Origin: Candidatus Vogelbacteria bacterium RIFOXYD1_FULL_46_19
Lineage (GTDB): Bacteria; Patescibacteriota; Minisyncoccia; Phycocordibacterales; XYD1-FULL-46-19
Length of the DNA stretch: 64,000 nucleotides
Assembly: GCA_001824825.1 (NCBI GenBank)
Contig: MHTK01000002.1
Span: 6,020 to 70,019, forward strand
Direction of reading: 5' to 3'
Shown: in pieces, positions 56,734-64,000 of the stretch
How positions within the stretch are numbered: position 1 is the stretch's first letter
Layout of the letters: each line of letters begins with the position of its first letter
The notes under the pieces: generated by a model
Databases searched by the model: none
Seen by the model: the letters and a program-made list of their open reading frames with translations, nothing else
What the model was told of the DNA's origin: nothing
Translations under genes and position numbers: made by a program

Positions 56734-57840
56734 TTAACGATTAACCGGCATAATTATATAAGAAAAACTTTTATTTTCTGTGCCTTGAATTAAAAGTGGA
56801 CGATTAGGTTCCGTCATTCCAATTAATAAATTTAAGGCCGGAATAGATTGAAATGACTCTAAAATATAACGAGCATTATAGTGAGCGGAAAAATCATTAC
56901 CCTCTATTTTAGCTTTAATTGTAGCCGTACTTTCACCAATATCCGAACTGGCTGAATAAATTATAATCTGTTCTTTAGCGGCATCTACATCTAGTTTAAT
57001 TTGATTAAATTTACCGGAAAAAATATTGGCCATTTTTAAAACTTGTCCCAAATCATCTTTACTTAAAGTGATAGTGGAAGTAGAAGTTTTGGGCATTATT
57101 TGCCGATAATCCGGATAAATACCATCAATCAATCTTGAGGTTAAATGAATTCCAACACTAGTAATAGATAATTGGTTACTGTCCGAACATAATTCTAATT
57201 CACCCTCTTCCCCTTCAAATACTTTTATAATCTCAGCGGCATTTTTTAAAGGAATAATCAGTCGGAAATCAACATCCTTATTTTGATTTGAAATTGTTAA
57301 CTTTTTTTCTGCCAATCTAAAGGAATCAGTAGCCACAAAAATTAATTCATTATTATTCTGGTAGATATAAACACTGGAAATTTCAGGTTTAATATCAGAT
57401 ACCGCCGCAGCATAAATAACAGATTTAAGTCCATAAACTAAATCGGTATTTTTTAACTTAAGTTTATTAGTGGTTGATATTTTAGGAATCAGTGGAAAAT
57501 CTTCATATTCTTCACTCTTTATAACCGTGTTATAAGTACTCGTTTTAATTAGTAAATTATTATTCTGTAACTCAACAGTTATTTTATCTTCATCTTTTAA
57601 ATTAGTTAGAAAATTACTTAGAGTAGTGGGATTACAAGAAGTCATTCCTTCTTCTAAAACCTTAGCCGGCAACTCCACTTCTAGACCAATTTCTAAGTTA
57701 GTCGACTTAATTACTAAGTTATTCTTTTTAACCTCTAAAATAAGGTTCTTTAAAACCGGTAAAGATAAATTATGAGAAGTAGCTCTTTCGGCGATTAGGA
57801 CAGCTTTCTGAAGTTTTTGTTTAGAGCATTCTATTTTCAT
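56734..57840 (-). CDS. dnaN: DNA polymerase III beta clamp
   Basis: STNLE, ATDSFRLA, SRLIDGxYPDY, IMP. Confidence 0.98.
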   Translation of the reverse strand: MKIECSKQKLQKAVLIAERATSHNLSLPVLKNLILEVKKNNLVIKSTNLEIGLEVELPAKVLEEGMTSCNPTTLSNFLTNLKDEDKITVELQNNNLLIKTSTYNTVIKSEEYEDFPLIPKISTTNKLKLKNTDLVYGLKSVIYAAAVSDIKPEISSVYIYQNNNELIFVATDSFRLAEKKLTISNQNKDVDFRLIIPLKNAAEIIKVFEGEEGELELCSDSNQLSITSVGIHLTSRLIDGIYPDYRQIMPKTSTSTITLSKDDLGQVLKMANIFSGKFNQIKLDVDAAKEQIIIYSASSDIGESTATIKAKIEGNDFSAHYNARYILESFQSIPALNLLIGMTEPNRPLLIQGTENKSFSYIIMPVNR

Positions 57841-58060
57841 ATTTTAAAAAAGTAGAGCTATTAAGGTTGTGGATAGGTGGATAAGTTACTTTAAGGTTGA
57901 TAATTAAGGAAAATTTTATAACTTAAATTGTTTAATTTGGGGATAAAGCATTGGATGAGTTGGGATTAACTTTTTCATTTTTTATTATTAGACATTAATC
58001 CCAACTTTAATCTTCTTTTACTTCTGACTTATACCCAAGTTAATCCACATAATTTATTGT
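57841..58060. other. probable oriC (dnaA-dnaN intergenic region)
   Basis: AT-rich; several DnaA-box-like 9-mers (TGTGGATAG, GGTGGATAA, TGGGGATAA, TAATCCACA); + strand appears to switch from C-rich to G-rich nearby. Confidence 0.75.
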
Positions 58061-59422
58061 TTAATTATTACTATATAGTTGTGATCTAATTTGTTCTATT
58101 TCTTGACCAAGTAAAGAGTCGGTTTTAGAGTCTTTTTTAATCTTCTCGTAGGCGTGAATAACTGTAGTATGATCTCGACCACCTAATTTTTGACCAATAT
58201 AAGGGTAGGAGGTGTTAAAGTCTTCTCGCAAAATATACATAATTATTTGACGCGGTTTTACTACCTCCTTTCGCCTAGTTTTCTCATAGAGAGTTTTTTC
58301 ATCCACACTGTAAAAATTAGCAATAGTTTTTATCACATCCTTATAAGAGATAGACTTTTTGGGCTTTATATTGCTTTTTAAGAGATGTTTAACCTCAGCT
58401 AAGCTTATTTCCTTCTTCTTAGCTTGAGCTTGGACAATAATTGATTTTAAAGTGCCTTCCAACTCTCTAATACTATCTTGAACCACTGAGGCTATATACT
58501 CTAAAACCTCGTCCGAGACTGGGGTGTTCAGGAAATTAGCCTTATTTTTTAAAATTGCTAAGCGGGACTCGTAGTCCGGTTTACTTATATCCACTATCAT
58601 TCCCCCTTCAAACCGAGACCGTAGTCGATCTTCTAAATGTTCTATATATTTAGGTGGTTGATCGGAGGAAAAAATAATTTGCTTGTTATTCTCATAAAAA
58701 TGATTAAAGAGATGAAACAATTCTTCCTGAGTTTTCTCTTTATTAGAGAAGAACTGAATATCATCCATAATAATCAGATCATATTTGCGATATTTTTCCT
58801 TAAACAGGTTTACTTTGTTGTTTAAAATAGAATTAACACAATCAATAGTGAAATTTTCCGAAGTGGTGTAAAAAACCCTCTTATTAGTGTTTAAACGGCT
58901 AATTTGGTTGCCAACTGCTTGTAAAAGATGGGTTTTTCCCACTCCAGTAACCCCGTAAATATATAGCGGGTTGTAATTCATCCCTGGGTTTTTAATTACC
59001 GCCTGGGAAGCGGCGTAAGCCACCTCGTTAAAAGAGCCCACCACGAAAGATTCAAAGGTGTATTTAGGGTTTAAATTACTATCCTGATTGATGTAGAGCT
59101 CATTTAGCCCTAAATCCGAAGAACTATGACTAGGAGCCTGGGTGGGAGCGGGATCGAGGGGTGGTTTGTCATCCCTTTTTACTATTATATATTCTAAACT
59201 TCTAACATTAGGCTCTATTTCCCTTAGGGCTTTTAAAATAAACTTGTGATATTTAGCTTTTAACCAGTCTTTAACGAAGGTGTTGGGAGTACTTAAAAAA
59301 ACCATCCCGTCGTCTAATTTATAAATGTAAGTGTTTTTAAACCAAGTGCCGAAGTTAGCTTTGGAAATATTTAACTCAATCTGAGCTAAGGCATTTTCCC
59401 AAAGTTGTTTATTTTCGACCAT
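58061..59422 (-). CDS. dnaA: chromosomal replication initiator DnaA
   Basis: YTFESFV, YNPLYIYG.TGVGKTHL, DDIQF, RLRSRF, GGRDHTTV. Confidence 0.99.
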   Translation of the reverse strand: MVENKQLWENALAQIELNISKANFGTWFKNTYIYKLDDGMVFLSTPNTFVKDWLKAKYHKFILKALREIEPNVRSLEYIIVKRDDKPPLDPAPTQAPSHSSSDLGLNELYINQDSNLNPKYTFESFVVGSFNEVAYAASQAVIKNPGMNYNPLYIYGVTGVGKTHLLQAVGNQISRLNTNKRVFYTTSENFTIDCVNSILNNKVNLFKEKYRKYDLIIMDDIQFFSNKEKTQEELFHLFNHFYENNKQIIFSSDQPPKYIEHLEDRLRSRFEGGMIVDISKPDYESRLAILKNKANFLNTPVSDEVLEYIASVVQDSIRELEGTLKSIIVQAQAKKKEISLAEVKHLLKSNIKPKKSISYKDVIKTIANFYSVDEKTLYEKTRRKEVVKPRQIIMYILREDFNTSYPYIGQKLGGRDHTTVIHAYEKIKKDSKTDSLLGQEIEQIRSQLYSNN

Positions 59423-59608
59423 AAGATAAGAATGAAAAAGGGTTAAGAAAAGTGGAGATAATTTTTCTAATTATAGGAGGATAAGCTATTATAACAAACC
59501 CTGTCTAATTGTTGATAACCGGTGGATTAGTTGAGGATAGTCATTATTTCATATTTGAGGCCTCGGGGACAGTTGCCAAGGCTATTTTTTTAATGTAGAC
59601 TAGCCTTC

Positions 59609-59743
59609 ATGTCACAAACCTATCAACCCAACAAGCGCAAAAGAGCCACTACTCATGGTTTTTTGGTTCGGAGTCAGTCGGCCTCAGGCCGGAAGGTTTT
59701 ACTGCGTCGTAGGCGTAAAGGACGGGCCAAATTAAGCGTTTAA
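59609..59743 (+). CDS. rpmH: 50S ribosomal protein L34 (not in ORF track)
   Basis: Manual translation [21 protein letters not shown]...[18 protein letters not shown]. Confidence 0.97.
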   Translation: MSQTYQPNKRKRATTHGFLVRSQSASGRKVLLRRRRKGRAKLSV

Positions 59744-59745
59744 AT

Positions 59746-60087
59746 ATGCTTGATAGACCTTCTCGGGTCACTAAAGACGAAATTGGTACGATTTTAAAGC
59801 AGGGACGTACTTACCACTCCCCTAAAGTCTCCTTTAGGGTTTTTTACAAACCTAATACTAGTACGGCTTTTGGGGTGGTAGTATCTAAAAAGGTGGCGGT
59901 CCAAGCTGTAGTTCGTAATAAAATAAAGCGGCGGGTTAAAAGTATTCTAAGAAAAAATTTAGCTCAAACCAAAAGTGGCTATAAATCCTTATTTTTTATT
60001 AAAAAAGAGGGAGTGGAAGCTAGGTTTAAGGATTTAGAGGCAGATATTGTATACTTACTAGAAGCGGCGCGGATTTTAAAAAAATAA
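59746..60087 (+). CDS. rnpA: ribonuclease P protein component
   Basis: FGVVVSKKV, AVVRNKIKRR; follows rpmH. Confidence 0.95.
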   Translation: MLDRPSRVTKDEIGTILKQGRTYHSPKVSFRVFYKPNTSTAFGVVVSKKVAVQAVVRNKIKRRVKSILRKNLAQTKSGYKSLFFIKKEGVEARFKDLEADIVYLLEAARILKK

Positions 60088-60105
60088 TTAAATACTCCTT
60101 AAACA

Positions 60106-60834
60106 ATGATTGGTTTTTTTAATATAATTTTGTTTCAACCTTTGTACAATGCTTTGGTCTGGTTGAGTGGGGTGATGCCGGGCCACAGTATTGCCCTCGC
60201 GATTATTGCTTTAACGGTCATTATTAAAACTTTACTTACTCCTTTGTATCATAAGTCTTCTAAGACCCAACGCAAACTTAAAGAAATAGAACCGGAGCTC
60301 TCGAAGCTTAAAGAACAACATAAAGACGACAAACAACTGCAAGCTCAAAAAATGATGGAACTGTACCGTGAACATGGTATTAATCCCCTGACCGGCTTTA
60401 TGGTCCTTCTAATTCAACTGCCGATTATTTTAGCTTTGTTTTATGTTTTTTCTAAGGGTTTTGAGCTTAATTTGGATATTTTATACCCCTTTGTGTCGAG
60501 TCCAGAGGTGGTAGATCGAACAGTTTTTGGTTGGATTCTCTTAACGGAAAAAAGTTACTGGTTGGCTTTACTTGTTGGCTTGACTCAGTATGTGCAAATT
60601 CGCCTAACTTTGCCCCCCTTACCCCAGCGATTGCCTAAGTCCGATACCCCCTCTTTTAAAGAAGATTTAGCGCGCAGTATGAATATGCAAATGCGCTACG
60701 TGATGCCGGTTATTATTACGGTGATTGCCTCCCAGTTCCCTTCAGCGATCGCTTTATACTGGCTCACTGGTAACCTTTTTGCTATTGGTCACGAGTTAAT
60801 TGTGAGGAGTAAGGCGAAGAAACTAGTAGTTTAA
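60106..60834 (+). CDS. yidC: YidC/Oxa1 membrane insertase
   Basis: AIIxLTxxIK, ELYREHGINP, LIQLPI, LYW. Confidence 0.95.
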   Translation: MIGFFNIILFQPLYNALVWLSGVMPGHSIALAIIALTVIIKTLLTPLYHKSSKTQRKLKEIEPELSKLKEQHKDDKQLQAQKMMELYREHGINPLTGFMVLLIQLPIILALFYVFSKGFELNLDILYPFVSSPEVVDRTVFGWILLTEKSYWLALLVGLTQYVQIRLTLPPLPQRLPKSDTPSFKEDLARSMNMQMRYVMPVIITVIASQFPSAIALYWLTGNLFAIGHELIVRSKAKKLVV

Positions 60835-62040
60835 TTCACTAACCCACAAAGACATATCTTTCTTATTTTGAAGGACAATGTACCGTCCATCTTCGACTAG
60901 TTTAATTTTGTTAGTATCAAAATTTTCCGGCAAAGTGGTAACGACTAGAAAATCGTTTGAGTTATTTATTCCCACTACTACAATATCGTCACTAAAAGAT
61001 ATAATCCCTTTGTACCAATCGTCTGGGTATTCACCAAAAGGGATGTGACGTGGAGCTCCACAATAAATGTTTAAAGAATCTTCAGTCCAGACACATTTGT
61101 CGGCGAATGTTAAGAAAGGTAAGGGGGTAGAGTTTTTAGTTGCTGTGTCGTAAAGATTAAGACTAAGGCTTTGATTGGTAGATAATGAGTAAAGTATTTT
61201 ATTACCATCAGGGCTAGGAAGAATACTTAGACCATTAGAACTATTTGATAATAATATTTTTTCTAAACTTGGATTATTAGCAGTCTTTAGATATAAGTAT
61301 CCAGGATAACTTTTTGTAGGCTTGGTAGATAAAAATACTTTATTTTGACTTTGATCTACAAAGGTAGACCAATTAGAAGTTGGAGAAGTAAAGACTTCTT
61401 TCTTGTTTTCAAGATTAATGTTTGATAAATATAAATAATATAAGGAGTTAACTTTCTCAGTAGTTAAAATATTTTTACCCATTGTTTCAATTTCTTCGAT
61501 ATAAGAAGGCAAATTTTTAGGTTTTATGCCTGACAGAATGGATGATTCATTACTTAAGTTAGATATAGGAATATCAAAATATTGGTAATTTATCTTTGTG
61601 TTATTATTGGATCCCGCAAAAATTCTAAGGAAATCATCCCCGTTTAAAGCTGTTAGGGAATGGGGAGATGTAATGGTGGTGTTGGTTAGTCGGCTTTTAA
61701 TTTTATTAATAATATCCCAGGAAATAATGTTGCCGTTCTTTAGGTCACTATAAACTATATAATATTGATCTACTCCTAAATTTACCAAATCAAAATCAGC
61801 CACCAAATCATTCACTTTATATATCCCCTTTTCAGAATCATCATCTTTATCTAATAGACCAGGGTTTTGATTATTATTCTGGGCTTCATTTCCGTCATCT
61901 AAAGGAAAAAAACTGGAAAGTTTATTTATTACCGACGAGGTTTCTAGGTTGTTGGTTGGCTTAAAGAGTAGAAGTAAAACAACTACTCCAACTATTATTA
62001 CTAGAATAATCCCAATGAGTATTGTTTTTTTATTTAACAT
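60823..62040 (-). CDS. membrane-anchored beta-propeller-like hypothetical protein
   Basis: N-terminal TM; SPDGNKI; KCVW...YC...PDDWY. Confidence 0.7.
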   Translation of the reverse strand: MLNKKTILIGIILVIIVGVVVLLLLFKPTNNLETSSVINKLSSFFPLDDGNEAQNNNQNPGLLDKDDDSEKGIYKVNDLVADFDLVNLGVDQYYIVYSDLKNGNIISWDIINKIKSRLTNTTITSPHSLTALNGDDFLRIFAGSNNNTKINYQYFDIPISNLSNESSILSGIKPKNLPSYIEEIETMGKNILTTEKVNSLYYLYLSNINLENKKEVFTSPTSNWSTFVDQSQNKVFLSTKPTKSYPGYLYLKTANNPSLEKILLSNSSNGLSILPSPDGNKILYSLSTNQSLSLNLYDTATKNSTPLPFLTFADKCVWTEDSLNIYCGAPRHIPFGEYPDDWYKGIISFSDDIVVVGINNSNDFLVVTTLPENFDTNKIKLVEDGRYIVLQNKKDMSLWVSELNY

Positions 62041-62056
62041 AAAATTAAGTTATTTA

Positions 62057-62965
62057 TTAGCGAGCATCACAATGAACATGTCGATTTTCTACTAAAACAT
62101 AAGTAAAGCCAGCTTGTCGACAGTAGTCAGCAATTATATTTAGATTTGAACTAGTTACATTTCCTCCGGTTGGCTGAATATCAACAGCCCTACCTTCATA
62201 ATGTTCACTGCCGGCACTATGTCCAACACCCTCAGTGTGTGCCGCGGTAATTTGGGTGCTTAAATTGTGGTCGGAGTTTAGGTTTTGTTGAACCCAAACA
62301 GTTGCTTCGGCCACATCTCTATGAACACGATCAGTTCTGCCGGGGCCATTAATCCCACTATAACCATTAGCCACTGTAGCCCCGGCTTCATTCAAGGAAA
62401 CACACTCGGTGTTAGAGGCTTCATGACAATCACTTTGGGCTGGAACTGAACCACTTAATACGGCCCCGGGGCCGGCATTACCATTTCCTGTACCTGGATT
62501 TTGTGAATCTGGTCGAGTTGTGCCCGAGGTGCCAGTTGGGGCCGAAGGGCCGGAATTCATAGATTGTCCCACTCGGTCTAGACTAAAATTAATATTAACC
62601 AAATCAGGGTTAATGGTGTAGAGGATCAACCAAGAAGTTAGAGCGAGAACTAGTCCCCCGACGGCGGCGTAAACCCGCCGCTGACCGGTGGTTTTGGTAG
62701 CGACTGCGGCGCCAAAAATGTACTCCAACCCCCCCACCACAATCATTAAGACCGATATTAAGACGACTAGGCCCAAAAAGACATCAAAGGCTCTTTTGGC
62801 ATAATCGGAAAAATCAATCTGGGTTTCACCAGACAAACCGACCGCTGTCGGCTCTAACAGAGTATAGTTTTGGGCCCAAGACATTGTTGGTATTAAAAAT
62901 AGCCCCACCAGTATGAGGATGGTGGTGAAAGTTATAACCCTGGTTAGTAAAAGTTGTACCCGCAT
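62057..62965 (-). CDS. CPR-type pilin (TrbC/VirB2-like) fused to an M15/LAS-like peptidase domain
   Basis: LLEP, TM-GGLEY-TM-ILYTINPDL; C-terminal H(x6)D (HYEGRAVD) and HxH (HVH). Confidence 0.72.
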   Translation of the reverse strand: MRVQLLLTRVITFTTILILVGLFLIPTMSWAQNYTLLEPTAVGLSGETQIDFSDYAKRAFDVFLGLVVLISVLMIVVGGLEYIFGAAVATKTTGQRRVYAAVGGLVLALTSWLILYTINPDLVNINFSLDRVGQSMNSGPSAPTGTSGTTRPDSQNPGTGNGNAGPGAVLSGSVPAQSDCHEASNTECVSLNEAGATVANGYSGINGPGRTDRVHRDVAEATVWVQQNLNSDHNLSTQITAAHTEGVGHSAGSEHYEGRAVDIQPTGGNVTSSNLNIIADYCRQAGFTYVLVENRHVHCDAR

Positions 62966-62968
62966 AGT

Positions 62969-64000
62969 TTATAGGCCAAAGAAACTCTTATCTAATATAA
63001 TTTTAAAAGATTTAGAAGCTCGTCTTAAGTTATTATTTAAGCTTGATACGAAGATTTCGACATTAGCCTCTCCTTGATCTGCCTTTTTTTGGGTGGTATT
63101 TAGGACTCGTGGGGTCTCGACATTAGTGACAATTGGTTCGCTGTTTATCCGCCAGGTGTAGGTTAAGTAATTACTGGCTACTTCACTCTTGGTAAAATAG
63201 TAAGGCTCGACGATAAACGACTCTTCCTCAGCTTTTGATTGGTAGGTCTCGGCAATAGCTTCACTCGCTACTACCCCAGCCAGAGGTTTTAAAGGGTAGA
63301 TGATGATCTCCGGCACTGTGACCGGAACAGTTATTTTGCGGTAGGCTGTTGCGTCGGAGGTAGGAGAGGTAACGGTTATTTCGATGACAGGGGCGTCGCT
63401 AGAGGCGGAGGGAGCAGTTATTTCAATATAGTCTTTACCTCGGCCTGATTGTTGGACTAGATTACGATAATTATGACGCCAAGTAAAAGTGAGTTGGCTA
63501 GAAGGGATCAATCGTCCACTGGTGGTAGTTAATTGAGGGATAGCCGTGAGGCGGACGCGGCTACCTTCGGTTACTAAAGGAGCTCCTGGGTAAAAAGGGG
63601 GTACATAGGTGTCGGCTTCCCATAAAATGTCGACCTCGGCCGGAATAAAGATTAGTTGTTTGGCGATGGCCCGTCCTTCTTTGGTTTTCACCGCCACGGT
63701 AATAACCGTGATTTCACCAAGTTTACCGGTGGTAAACTTAAAGCTTTTCTCGCCGATCCCCCGTTGTTGTTCTTTATTATTTAAAGCCCAAGCGATGGTG
63801 CTTTCGTTTAAGTCGTAACCATAACCCGCCAAGGTAATAGTGACATCTGTTTGGGGGCCCGGTGCTTTGGGTAAGACCGTAGCCACTAGACTGCCACCGG
63901 CAGTGGTTTCTTGATAAGCCTCGGCGAGGTGGCTGGGGGTGAGTCCGACTACCAAAGCCATTAAGGTGGTTAATATAATTCCAACTGCTGAATATTTCTT
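62969..64000 (-). CDS. secreted Ig-like hypothetical protein (5' end probably outside window)
   Basis: DILWEADTYVPPFYxG; repeated YxW beta strands; frame open to the window edge. Confidence 0.75.
   Translation of the reverse strand, partial: KKYSAVGIILTTLMALVVGLTPSHLAEAYQETTAGGSLVATVLPKAPGPQTDVTITLAGYGYDLNESTIAWALNNKEQQRGIGEKSFKFTTGKLGEITVITVAVKTKEGRAIAKQLIFIPAEVDILWEADTYVPPFYPGAPLVTEGSRVRLTAIPQLTTTSGRLIPSSQLTFTWRHNYRNLVQQSGRGKDYIEITAPSASSDAPVIEITVTSPTSDATAYRKITVPVTVPEIIIYPLKPLAGVVASEAIAETYQSKAEEESFIVEPYYFTKSEVASNYLTYTWRINSEPIVTNVETPRVLNTTQKKADQGEANVEIFVSSLNNNLRRASKSFKIILDKSFFGL

Noticed and set aside
1-64000. Alternative genetic code (TGA read-through)
   Set aside because: Conserved genes are full length under code 11 and TGA terminates thyA and mutM

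Overview
A 64-kb chromosomal segment that spans the replication origin. Its gene content looks like a reduced-genome Patescibacteria/CPR (Parcubacteria-like) bacterium; this is an inference from CPR-type pilin fusions, leaderless genes, rplK without rplA, tRNA-Arg(GCG) and many orphan membrane proteins. It contains thyA-folA-dcd, secE-nusG-rplK, zwf, a DNA repair/recombination set (ruvA/B/C/X, mutM, xth, udg, ogt-like, polA, holA-like), peptidoglycan genes (PBP1A, MurE-like, FemAB, an LD-transpeptidase/DD-carboxypeptidase fusion), pilB, tyrS, dnaN-dnaA with oriC, rpmH-rnpA-yidC and 7 tRNA genes. The main unexplained signal is non-coding. All 7 tRNA genes are followed by a ~150-220 bp 'mirror' element that carries an antisense copy and a direct copy of that particular tRNA's 3' end. 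In five of them these copies sit in a shared, covarying scaffold: an A-[9 bp stem, CTGC loop]-GT hairpin and a GAAAG-P2-ACCAG-P3 junction. A similar layout follows the 3' end of rplK. Other signals are a GIY-YIG gene bounded by inverted repeats with a matching MITE-like element, nested REP-like palindromes, two candidate structured ncRNAs (one 6S-like), an unannotated hyper-acidic 53-aa ORF and a PurD-like/C39/EamA island. All calls come from reading the sequence; no database search was run.
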